A DNA stretch of 64,000 nt from Candidatus Latescibacterota bacterium (GCA_965248265.1 CBDFJF010000002.1:2432001-2496000), one strand, 5' to 3'. Shown: positions 31,748 to 42,897, counted from the first letter of the stretch. Translations and numbers: made by a program. Notes: a model not told the origin generated them from the letters alone.

Positions 31748-33469
31748 TTGGCCGAAGTCATAGAGCACAGGGATGTGGCCGTGCCGATGCGGGATGGCAC
31801 CATACTGCGGGCCGACGTGTACCTGCCGGGGAAGGGCGCAGAATCATCCGATGACGGCACCTTCCCGGCCCTGATGACGCGGACCCCTTATGACAAGAAT
31901 GTGGAGCGTTACATCGAGAATGGCCACAAGCTGGCGGAGAGGGGGTACGCCGTCGTCATGCAGGATGTGCGGGGACGCCATGCCTCCGACGGCGAATTCC
32001 TTCCCGGATTCTACAGCGCTGAGCATCATGACAGCGAAGACGGCTACGACTCGGTGGAGTGGGCGGCGGCGCAGCCGTGGTGTAATGGGGGAGTCGGTAC
32101 CTTTGGAGCCTCATATGACGGCTGGACGCAGTGGGAACTCGCCCACACCCGGCCGCCCCATCTCAAGGCGATGATGCCGAGCGCGATCGCCGCCAATTTG
32201 CTTGACAGAGAATTGTCCGGGGTGCTGCGGCTGGGCAGGGTGCTTTCCTGGACCATCGGCAATCTGTCCGTGGACACGGCACGCCGCGCCGGCCGGCCTT
32301 TTCATCCCGAGAGCCTGGATGAGGCACGCCGCCTGTGGGTCGAGCGCGACCGCTCCAAGTGGCTGTGGTACCTGCCTCTGAGGGAGATCCCTGACGAGTA
32401 CATGCCCAACATGGGTGGGCACTGGCGCCGCTGGCTGGATGACCACACTGGGGATCACTTTGGCTTCGAGGCACGCCACAAGGAGATCGACGTACCGGTC
32501 CTTAACGTCACCGGCTGGTACGATCAGCAGATCGGTATGATCAAACACTTCACCGGCATGAAAGAGAATGGGCCAACGGAGCACACGCGTACCAACCAGT
32601 ACCTGATCATCGGACCCTGGACGCACATTCTCGTCGACATGGTGCGCCAGGTGGGGGAGGTAGACTTTGGTCCGGAGGCGGTGCGAGATTACTACGAGAT
32701 CGCCGATCAATGGTACGGCCGCTGGCTCAAGGGCAAGGACACGGCCGCGAATGAGTGGCCACCCATTCAGCTGTTCACGATGGGAGCGAACAGCTGGCGT
32801 GGCGAAAACGAATGGCCGTTGGCGAGGACGCGCTTTACCGAGTTTTATCTACACAGCGGCGGTAAGGCAAACACGGCAGGAGGGGACGGTTCGCTGTCGC
32901 AGACAACGCCGGTTCAAGAACCGGTCGATGAGTACACCTATGATCCGCGCGATCCGGTGATGACGCTGTTTTCGCCCGTGGGACAGCAGGAACCCATAGA
33001 TCAACGCTGTCTCGATGGGCGTCGTGACGTGCTGTGTTACGGCACACCGCCATTGGAGGAGCCGCTTGAAGTCACCGGGCCGATAACCGTCAAACTATGG
33101 GTGGCTTCATCGGCGATCGATACCGACTTCGTGGCCAAGCTGCAGGACGTGTGGGAAAACGGCTTCACCCAGGAGCTGTGTCATGGCATCGTGCGGGCCC
33201 GCTATCGCGATTCCTGCGACAATGACAGTTTGATGACACCCGGTGAAGTCTATGAGCTGACGATCAAAGTGAACCCCACAAGCAATCTGTTCCGGCGCGG
33301 ACACTGTATTCGCCTGGACATCACCAGCAGCGACTTTCCGAACTTCGATCGCAACCACAACACGGGTGGCAACGACTACGCCGAGTCGACCTTGATGGCA
33401 GCTCGACAGACCGTGTTCCACGATGCCAGTCGGCCGTCGCATGTGATTCTTCCGGTGATTGCCCGGTGA
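31748..33469 (+). CDS. CocE/NonD family hydrolase
   Basis: MRDGTILRAD, RTPYDK, GASYDG, GWYD and GPWTH motifs; GGAGG RBS before TTG. Confidence 0.93.
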   Translation: MAEVIEHRDVAVPMRDGTILRADVYLPGKGAESSDDGTFPALMTRTPYDKNVERYIENGHKLAERGYAVVMQDVRGRHASDGEFLPGFYSAEHHDSEDGYDSVEWAAAQPWCNGGVGTFGASYDGWTQWELAHTRPPHLKAMMPSAIAANLLDRELSGVLRLGRVLSWTIGNLSVDTARRAGRPFHPESLDEARRLWVERDRSKWLWYLPLREIPDEYMPNMGGHWRRWLDDHTGDHFGFEARHKEIDVPVLNVTGWYDQQIGMIKHFTGMKENGPTEHTRTNQYLIIGPWTHILVDMVRQVGEVDFGPEAVRDYYEIADQWYGRWLKGKDTAANEWPPIQLFTMGANSWRGENEWPLARTRFTEFYLHSGGKANTAGGDGSLSQTTPVQEPVDEYTYDPRDPVMTLFSPVGQQEPIDQRCLDGRRDVLCYGTPPLEEPLEVTGPITVKLWVASSAIDTDFVAKLQDVWENGFTQELCHGIVRARYRDSCDNDSLMTPGEVYELTIKVNPTSNLFRRGHCIRLDITSSDFPNFDRNHNTGGNDYAESTLMAARQTVFHDASRPSHVILPVIAR

Positions 33470-33625
33470 GTTGACCATCTCGCCAATGATGGCTACGAAT
33501 CTCAATCGGCGTGTAAGGGAAACCACACATTGCCGTGAGGTGGCCGATACACTCATGAGAACAGACGCGCAGGTGAGTCAGAGGGAGCGCCGGGGTGGAC
33601 CGTCGCTTGCTCACAAGCCGGCACC

Positions 33626-35061
33626 ATGCCGGCCTCCGCAGACATCCGAGTACCCTCCTGCCGCCGCCGCGAGCCGGAGAAGGGCCCCCTCTACCAGATC
33701 TTCGCTGAACATCTTGAGACCTTTCGCCAGCAAGCCCGAACCTCCGAGCACCGCCTGCCGTTCCACGTCGAGAAGGAGATGCGAGCTTACCTCGAGTGCG
33801 GGGTGCTGGCATACGGGTTCGTGCGGGCGCGTTGTGAAGAGTGCGGCAAGAGCCGGGCGGTGGCATTTTCGTGCAAGAAACGCGGTTTCTGCACCTCGTG
33901 CGCCGGCCGGCGCATGGCGGATACGGCGGCCCGTCTGGTGGACGACGTGTTGCCGCACGTACCGGTGCGGCAGTTCGTACTGAGCTTTCCCTACGAAATC
34001 CGCTACCGACTGGCCTGGGACGGCGAGTTGATCTCGGCCGCACTTTCGGTGTTTCTGCGCGTGATCGGCCGCTGGTATCGACGCCAAGCGCTGGCCTCTG
34101 GGTACGCCCAGGGGCCAGCGGTTCCGTCACCTTCGTACAGCGATTCGGGTCGTCCTTGAACCAATCCCCACGTGCACGTCCTCATGCTCGACGGGATCTA
34201 CGTCGATGGGGACGAGGGACCACAGTTCGTGCTGGCGCCGCCGTTGACGGACGACGATGTGCAACAGATCGTGCAGACAAGCGCACGCGGATTATCCGGC
34301 TGTGTACGAAACGCGGCCTGCTCGACGACACCCAGACCGACACCCTCACCGACGAAGAGCCTGTGCTGGCCGCCATCACTGCGGCCTCTGTTCGCGGCCT
34401 CATCGCCACGGGTGAGCGCGCTGGCCAGCGGCTACGACGAGTACTTCGGGATCCGGCCACAGGGGTACGCACGGGGCCTTTGTGCTTTGCCTCGCGCGGT
34501 TTCTCCCTGCACGCAGAGACCCGGGTCTCGGCCGATAACCGTCTGGGCCTCGAGCAATTGTGCCGCTATGTCGCCCGACCCGCCCTGGCGGCGGGACGAT
34601 TGCGCATCATCGACGCCGACCAACTCTCCTTCGCGCTGAAGACGCCCTGGACAGACGGCACCACCCACCTCGTGCTCTCACCTTTCGAATTGCTCGAGAA
34701 ACTCGCCGCCCTTGTACCGCCGCCACGGCTCAACCTGATACGATATCACGGCATCCTGGCGCCCAGCGCCCGAGACCGCGCCAAGATCGTGCCGGGATGC
34801 GGAAACGAGTCCGAGGCACAGTCCGAGTCGACCCACCGGCCCTGTCCCCATCGCCTGTCCTGGTGCCAATTGCTGGTGCGCGTGTTTTCCATTGACGTTA
34901 CAGAGTGCCCCGACTGCGGGGGCCAGATGAGAATTGTTGCTGCCCTGACGGACCGCGCTTCGATTAGGTCTTACCTTGAGGGGGTCGGTCTGCCGGCTCG
35001 GCCTCCACCAATCACACCGGCACGGCCTTCTCTGCAGTCTGAGCTCGAATACGCCGCCTGA
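33626..35061 (+). pseudogene. IS91/ISCR-family rolling-circle (HUH) transposase, three frameshifts
   Basis: Zn-binding CEECG and SCKKRGFCTSC, QRFGSSLN, HVH (HUH) motif, LCRYVARP catalytic Tyr, IRYHGILAP, CPDCGG; frame changes near 34112, 34162 and 34280. Confidence 0.9.
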
Positions 35062-35285
35062 TTCGAGCGGGTTCCGCCTGATCGAGGGGATCGATGCGCC
35101 TGAATCGACCTTACGGAGCTGCAAAACCGCCAAAAACCCATCCTCAGCCCTGAATCCAAGACCATCATGCTTGGCGAGCTGAGCGAAACGCACATCGCGC
35201 CCCTCACAAAGCCCAAAGTTCCACTCGACACCAAGCCCCCAAAGAATCTAAACTAACGATAAAGGGCTCTTATCGTGCCTAACCG
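35062..35285 (+). repeat. 3' non-coding end of the IS91/ISCR element with oriIS-like terminus (copy B)
   Basis: Ends TTATCGTGCCTAACCG; homologous to 35727-35933. Confidence 0.8.
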
Positions 35286-35726
35286 TTCGGTCTCATGGTT
35301 TGTCTCCACTATTTGATGAGCACTTCACCGTCATGCGCTCAAACTGAAAAAACGCGGACTGTAAGGCGAACGATGGGTCCGAGCGGCAATTCCGGCACGG
35401 ATTGTGTCGATCTACCGAAGGCGGTACTCGAGCAGATCGACCAATACACGCCTAGGGTGTGACGGCGGATCAATGCTTTCACCTGTTGGTAGTTTGGTGG
35501 GGATGCGACCTGGGCGACGTTACCGACCATCACGGAATGCAGACGCCCTCGGTCAAGTCCATCAATCGACAGGAACGCGATACGATTTCTTGGTGATGAG
35601 TTCGTGATCCGACATACGAGTCATCTCGAAAGCATTGTCAGTCAATGGCAGATAGTAATGGGTTTCAGCTTGCTGCTTGATGAAACCCTCAGCGTAGGCG
35701 CAGTTCCTATACATACCGAAGGCCCT

Positions 35727-35933
35727 GAATCGAGCGCACCGCCTGATCCCACAGGATCGATGCGCCTGCAAAACCGCCAAAACAACATCCTCAGCGCCGA
35801 ATCCAAGACCATCATACCCCGGCGAGCTGAGCGAAACGCACATCGCGCCCCTCAAAAAGCCCGAGGTTCCACTCGACACCAAGGCCCTGAGGGATCTAAG
35901 CTATCTATAACGGGCCCTTATCGTTCTTATCCG
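35727..35933 (+). repeat. Second, diverged copy of the element 3' end (copy C)
   Basis: Shares GGATCGATGCGCCTG, GAATCCAAGACCATCAT, GGCGAGCTGAGCGAAACGCACATCGCGCCCCTCA and GTTCCACTCGACACCAAG with copy B; ends TTATCGTTCTTATCCG. Confidence 0.9.
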
Positions 35934-36070
35934 TAAGGGTGTGGGTTGTTTTTTACGTGATTTGGCAAGAAATAGGGACCCTGATTCCGGGCACGAATGT
36001 ACTTTGGGTGTAAGCACTTACGCCCAAACCGGGAGGAAGTCCCGGATGGGGTATCCGCAGGAGTTAGTCG

Positions 36071-36778
36071 GTGCCTAGCATTCTAATTGCAGATGACGAC
36101 CAGAGCATGTGCCTCACATTGAGCATGATGCTAGGACGACAATGGGACGTAACGGCGGTGAACTGTGGTCAAAAAGCGATCGACCATCTTTCCAAGCGGC
36201 CGACCGATGTGGCACTCGTCGATGTTTACATGCCAGGCATTGGCGGGTTGCAGGTGCTGCGTGCTTTGCGAGAAAAACGTATCCCCACGGATGTGGTCAT
36301 GATTACCGGCCAAGGGACAATAGATCTCGCTGTCGATGCCATGAAATTGGGAGCAAACGATTTCCTCGTAAAGCCCCTCGCCACGCCAGTCTTAATTGAA
36401 AGGATATCCGAGCTCATGCGGTTGAGACACCCCTTTCGGAGCATCCTGTCTAGACGGCTGGACGAATATTTGAAGAGCAATCTGGCCAATGTGGCCCTGA
36501 ATCTCAAACACGTGTGCCACCAGTTCTGTATATCTGAGGGTTACGTCTGCCGGCAGTTCCGTGAAGGTTTTGGTACGACGTTTCGTGCGCGGTTGAACCG
36601 TCACCGGATCGATGAGGCAAAGCGGCTCATCGCAAATTCCACTCCTCTCCCGATGAAATCCGTCGCGCAGCTCTGCGGATACAGGAACCAACGACGATTC
36701 TGTGAAGCCTTCAGAAGGCTTGAAGGGCTCACCCCAACAAACTATCGATATGGCCTATCCGTTCCCAACCGACGATGA
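36071..36778 (+). CDS. Response regulator (REC) fused to AraC-type HTH
   Basis: ILIADDD, DVYMPG and FLVKP receiver motifs; VAQLCGY...FRRLEGLTPTNYR AraC motif; AGGAG RBS. Confidence 0.9.
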   Translation: MPSILIADDDQSMCLTLSMMLGRQWDVTAVNCGQKAIDHLSKRPTDVALVDVYMPGIGGLQVLRALREKRIPTDVVMITGQGTIDLAVDAMKLGANDFLVKPLATPVLIERISELMRLRHPFRSILSRRLDEYLKSNLANVALNLKHVCHQFCISEGYVCRQFREGFGTTFRARLNRHRIDEAKRLIANSTPLPMKSVAQLCGYRNQRRFCEAFRRLEGLTPTNYRYGLSVPNRR

Positions 36779-37112
36779 CCATTGAGAGTTGCCACGCCCC
36801 ACCGTATCCGCGTCAAGCGAGCTCCAGGGATTGAGTCCGAGATCGCGCGTGTCCGGGCCGACGACCAAAAGCGTTGGATAGAACGCGGATCCGTGAGGGC
36901 AGCACCGTATTCATCTCGCCGCCGCTTTGCTGCCACTATTGCGATGACGTTCCGTCCAGTAGTAGCCTTTCCGCTTAGTTGCACAAAAACCGAATCAATT
37001 GTCAACAATACCCTTTTGGGCAGATTGGTTCGCCTCTATAGTTCGACTGCGCAAGTTGAGAATTGGTACCACCACCACGCTTGATTCAGTGACAGTCAGG
37101 AGGCTAGGCAGG

Positions 37113-38177
37113 ATGGGACACACTCCTATAGTGCTGATAGGCCTATTTACGTCACTACTGACCTTGGTTAGGCCTGCCGACTCAACGGCGATCAGGGTCT
37201 GCGTAGACTGCCCGGTTGGGGCCCCTAACTTTCCAATCACGGCTGGCCACGCCTTCGTTCAGATGATTCCAATGGCTGGTCCCCAGGTCGGGAACCAGAA
37301 TCTGGTCTATGGGTTTTACCCGGCTGGCAACAATCCATTTGGAGCCGGCAAGGTGCGCAATGACAGCAAACGTCCCTGGGACTTTTGCATCACCTACAAT
37401 GTGACCCCTGCTCAGTACAACGCTGCTGCGGGAACTATCAACGCCGACATCGCAGCCCCCCCCGGCTACAACTTGTTCAGCAATAACTGTGTGGACTGGG
37501 TCAACAAAGTCACAGCGGCAGCTGGCATTGCTCTTCCGAATACCAAGAATCGAGCAGGCATAGATGACCCGAACGCGCTTTGGTCCTCGCTCAATTCAAT
37601 TGGCGTTGGAGGCACGTCTGGAGGCGGCACCGTCACGAACAACCCAAACCGCGTTTCAGTGGGTGGAACCCCGCTGGAATCCGCCTCTCCACGCAACTTC
37701 AGCTTTGAAGGAGTCGAGTACTCTGGCCATACCGATCCGTTCGACTTGGCGAGTTTCATGGATCTTCCGTCAAATGTCGACACCCTGGACAGCCATACAG
37801 TCAAAACTTCAGATGCCTACAACATAACTGTCGAGGGGGTTGACCCTGCCAACGTCTTGATTTCGGTCGACTGGGGAGATGGCACCGTCTATGACGCTCA
37901 GATGGTGGAGTTTTCACATATTTACGAGGTGCCTGAATCATACATGGTCTCCCTGCTCATCATCGATCAGGCGTCTGTCTACCGCTTCTTGATCCCAATC
38001 CAGATCGCTGATGATGTAAGCACCCAATCGAGAACAATCGGTGTCGAGACACTTCCTGCTGCGACAGGCATCAATCCGAACTTCGGCGACGATCCCATAC
38101 AACTCATCGATGAGCCCGAGGATGGCACTATTGTCGCACCGGCTAGCTGGGGAGAAATGAAGCAGCTGAGAAGATGA
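37113..38177 (+). CDS. Secreted protein: permuted papain-like (His-then-Cys) domain + PKD-like domain + SWGxxK tail
   Basis: AGGAGG RBS, signal peptide, GHAF...YGFYP...YNLFSNNCVDW, VDWGDGT...FSHIY, ends PASWGEMKQLRR. Confidence 0.75.
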   Translation: MGHTPIVLIGLFTSLLTLVRPADSTAIRVCVDCPVGAPNFPITAGHAFVQMIPMAGPQVGNQNLVYGFYPAGNNPFGAGKVRNDSKRPWDFCITYNVTPAQYNAAAGTINADIAAPPGYNLFSNNCVDWVNKVTAAAGIALPNTKNRAGIDDPNALWSSLNSIGVGGTSGGGTVTNNPNRVSVGGTPLESASPRNFSFEGVEYSGHTDPFDLASFMDLPSNVDTLDSHTVKTSDAYNITVEGVDPANVLISVDWGDGTVYDAQMVEFSHIYEVPESYMVSLLIIDQASVYRFLIPIQIADDVSTQSRTIGVETLPAATGINPNFGDDPIQLIDEPEDGTIVAPASWGEMKQLRR

Positions 38178-38322
38178 ACCGGCCAAAGGGCCCAGCGAAT
38201 GCCATTTCGATATGCGCGGGATCGTCACCAGGCGTGGTGGCTGTGCCGTCATTTTTGATTCAACTGAACCGCTCCTCGGTTACGCGGCCTGAAACTGAGA
38301 TTCTCAGAGGAGGGGAAATCCA

Positions 38323-38860
38323 ATGCGTCAGACCCTAAGGTGCGGATTGGTTCTGCTCCCTACGGCACTTACATGCACCGGCCTGGGAGGTCTCCTCGAC
38401 GGTGCTTGGGCAGCTGAGAACGGGGATGCTGTCAGTTTGCAAGAGACCGCGGTTGAGGGAACAGAGCAGTAGAATTGATCCTTGATCCTCAGGCCGTGTC
38501 CGAGGGTTACGTGAATGTGATCGTTGACTTGGACGGGGATGGACTTGAACCGAGCACGGACGACTGGTAGGTCCACCACTCAGCACTAAGGTCAACAACA
38601 GAGGCGACGGCACCGGCACGTTTGACTTTGTCAAACGTGAAATCGAAGCGAACGAGGACGTCGAACTTGATATCCACTACTTTTCAGATGGGGGCGTGTT
38701 CAGTGGTGCACACTTCGTAACTGTCGCTGGCTGGTTCGACGATGGAACAACCCGCAAGCTCTGTTTCAAGGATCCCCTAACCGGGGGGACGACTGTCGAT
38801 TGCTTTTTGATTGACGTGCTTGCCAGCTCGAGGATACGCCTTGGGCCAAAGATACAATGA
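38323..38860 (+). pseudogene. Degraded secreted papain/C39-like peptidase gene (not in the ORF track)
   Basis: GAGGAGG RBS, ATG 38323, signal peptide, in-frame TAG near 38470, frameshift near 38568, then FDFVKREIEANEDVEL...GAHFVTVAGW...LCFKDP. Confidence 0.55.
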
Positions 38861-38884
38861 CTCCGGTTAAATGGATACCCCAAT

Positions 38885-38905
38885 GCTGCCTATCGTGCCT
38901 AACCG
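38885..38905 (+). repeat. Minimal oriIS-like terminus (copy D)
   Basis: TATCGTGCCTAACCG at 38891-38905 is identical to 35271-35285. Confidence 0.7.
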
Positions 38906-39133
38906 AAAAGCCTTGGCTACCGCCACGCAGCTCCAAGAGCGAGGTAGATGGAAGAACCTCCCAGACAAGGTGGAGTTTGTAGTGGTATTAATCCATCCGT
39001 ACTACTACGGATGTGCAAATGTGCACCTTGTGAGCCAATTACATACTCCTTAAAAACGTGCTGTCGTCATTGCCTGGGATATAGTGCTTGCCCAGGCATC
39101 AAACAACCAAATGAACCCTCGAAGGAGAACAGC

Positions 39134-40246
39134 ATGCTTCGCCTTGTGCTGGCAATCGCCATCGTGTTGTGCTCAAGATCTGTCTCCGAGGCTGGAAAAC
39201 CCATCATCGGATGCTGTGAGAAGGCAAACAATGCCGGCTCAACTGACTGCGGCAATATCCACAACTCGCTTGAACAGTTGTACTGCGGTGGCGGACTTAT
39301 CCAAGGCACCTACAAGGCAGGCCTAGTGTGCAAGAAGTCTCCCGGTCCTGGCTGCGAAGCTACCACAACAACAACACCAAAAGACCAAGACGATGGATCG
39401 AGGAACTTTACCTGTGTGGGAATTCCAATAAACCAAGAAGGTGGTATCTTGAGTTGCTCCTCAACGAACGACGAACCAGGTTTGGCCGATACACTTTGGA
39501 TTCCAGAGGAACTCGGAGGGGGAGCAATCGTCACGGAGGACTTTCAGGTGGACTTGGTGATAGGGTATGAGCCCTCTGCGGATGACGAAGAATTGTTCAT
39601 GTTTTCGATTCAAGTGTTTGAGGCGACTGCACCATCAGTGGTTCTCCCGATACCGACAAACCCCTTGTCTATTAGGGAGCCTAACAAAGAGACGGGTCCA
39701 AACACGGTTAGCGCGACAGGTGGGATAGGAATTGGCAGCTGGGATTCAAGAACGAAAGCAGTGGTTGGTTCTTTCAGCACGACTATTGTGAATGATCTCT
39801 TCACGGAGCAGTCCCCGCTGTATTCGTTTCCCAGTCTTGATGGTACCTTTGACGATGAGACTGGAATTGCCTCACTTGCTTGGAAGGCGAATGTCTTTTG
39901 GCCCGATGACTCACTGCCAACTATTATGACTGCAGTCTCGGAGGAGGTATCTATTTCGCTCCCGGAAGTACCCAAACTTCTACAGAACTATCCAAACCCT
40001 TTCAATAGTACCACCACGATTCGTTTCGACATGCCTTACAGCGGGAGCGTGAAGGTCTCAATATTCGACCTGTCAGGTCAATTGGTGCGGACACTCGCAG
40101 ATGTCTATCTGCGTCAGGGATCCCATCACATGACTTGGTCTGGGCTAGACAATAGGGGCGGCACGGTCGCAAGTGGTGTGTACGTATGCCAGGTTAGCAC
40201 TGGGAGTGGTTGGACAGAATCGAGGCGAATGGTTCTACTGAAGTGA
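39134..40246 (+). CDS. Secreted Cys-rich protein with T9SS type A / FlgD-Ig C-terminal sorting domain
   Basis: AAGGAG RBS, signal peptide MLRLVLAIAIVLCSRSVSEA, Cys-rich N-domain, QNYPNPFNSTTTI...ASGVY...RMVLLK. Confidence 0.85.
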   Translation: MLRLVLAIAIVLCSRSVSEAGKPIIGCCEKANNAGSTDCGNIHNSLEQLYCGGGLIQGTYKAGLVCKKSPGPGCEATTTTTPKDQDDGSRNFTCVGIPINQEGGILSCSSTNDEPGLADTLWIPEELGGGAIVTEDFQVDLVIGYEPSADDEELFMFSIQVFEATAPSVVLPIPTNPLSIREPNKETGPNTVSATGGIGIGSWDSRTKAVVGSFSTTIVNDLFTEQSPLYSFPSLDGTFDDETGIASLAWKANVFWPDDSLPTIMTAVSEEVSISLPEVPKLLQNYPNPFNSTTTIRFDMPYSGSVKVSIFDLSGQLVRTLADVYLRQGSHHMTWSGLDNRGGTVASGVYVCQVSTGSGWTESRRMVLLK

Positions 40247-40483
40247 GTGTCAGGGCACCTGCGAGTAGAATTATGCTGCCACAGTGCGGTACCGCGTCAC
40301 CCGTACAACTGACCGCTTGTTGATTGCCGATACACCGTAACTACAAGCACCCATTTTTGTAACTATCTGTACCCATCGCCGGCTTGACTCCGATTCTCTA
40401 GCTCTCCGTCCATGCAGTCCTTCTGAGCACTTTGAATCGCCCCGGGGTTGCCGGAGGCTCCTTTTCTTGAGAGGATTGGAGTC

Positions 40484-41715
<1,232 letters not shown>

Positions 41716-41745
41716 CCGAGTCTCCGGAAAACCCGGGGCGATTCA

Positions 41746-42897
41746 AACCGGATCCTCGGGTACGACTTCACCCCGCATCTGCCCGCCCTGTGGTACGATG
41801 ACGAACCCGATGCCGAGCACTTCCGCGACGAGTATGAGCGTGCCATCCATGCCAGATTGGATGAGACCTACTACCTTCCGTTACGCGATTGGTGCAGCGC
41901 GCATGGCATCGACCTGACGGGCCATCCCGCCCACAGCGACGAGATGGCGCCGCTGCGGTACTTCCATGTGCCGGGCCAGGACACCGTCTGGCGCTCCGTT
42001 CTCCCGGACCATCCCAGCGCGTTGGAGGGCAAGGATTCGCCCCAGGCCAAATGCACCTCATCGGCGATGATCCACGGGCGCGGGCGCCGCAACGCCAACG
42101 AGTGCTGCGGCGCCTACGGACACGAGCTGACTTTCGATGAGATGATGTGGCTGGGCAACTGGTGCCTGATCCGCGGCGTGAACCTGCTGTTCCCGCACGC
42201 CTTCTACTACTCGGTGCGCGACGGCCGCGGCGATGAGCGCCCGCCTGATGTCGGGCCCAACAGTGATTGGTGGGATTGTTACGGGGAATACGCCGATGCA
42301 TGCCGCAGGATATCCTGGCTGAACACCGACTGCCGCCACGTCTGCCATGTCGCCATCCTCGCCCGGTCATACCGCGCCGGTTGGGCGACGGCGAAGGTCT
42401 GCTTCCAGAACCAGATCGACTTCAACTATCTCGACGAGCGACACCTCTGGGAAGACGCAGTCGTCGACGCGGAGGGTATCCATCTCGCGTCGATGGACTA
42501 CCGTGTTCTGGTCGTGGAGGATGAGCCCGACGCGCGTGCTGCCGCTGCGGTGGCCGTGCTCGAACGCGCCGGTCGCGTCATCCGCTATGAGTCTGGAGTG
42601 CGCGACGAGCGGTTGATCGCAGAAATCGATCGGCGCGCACCGCGCGACGTCACGGTATCCCCCGCCGTGCCCGGCCTGCGCGTCCGGCACGTGGTCAGGG
42701 AGAGGTGGCACTGGGTCATGCTGTTCAACGAAGTTGCCGCACCTGCGCAGATGGAGATCGACCTGTCGGCGGTCAACGGCCAGGTGGAACGAGCGATCCT
42801 CTTCGAGCCTAGGACCACCCAGGTCATTGACCTGCCGGCAGACAGACGCCTGCGATTGGCGGGGCATCAGGTACAGGTGATCGGCGTGCCAACTTGA
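41746..42897 (+). pseudogene. 5'-truncated glycoside hydrolase (GH106 alpha-L-rhamnosidase-like)
   Basis: Frame is open from the IS boundary (RILGYDFTPHLPALW...) through LTGHP, HVPGQD and GVNLLFPHAFYYS...ERPP; no start or N-terminal half. Confidence 0.75.

Noticed and set aside
35699-35714. GCGCAGTTCCTATACA, resembling an ISCR oriIS core
   Set aside because: No upstream similarity to the other copies and it lacks the CCG end; may be chance
35061-35933. Repeat-spacer-repeat as CRISPR or attC array
   Set aside because: Repeats are ~210 bp, contiguous with the transposase 3' end; no cas or integron integrase gene and no attC-type inverted core sites seen
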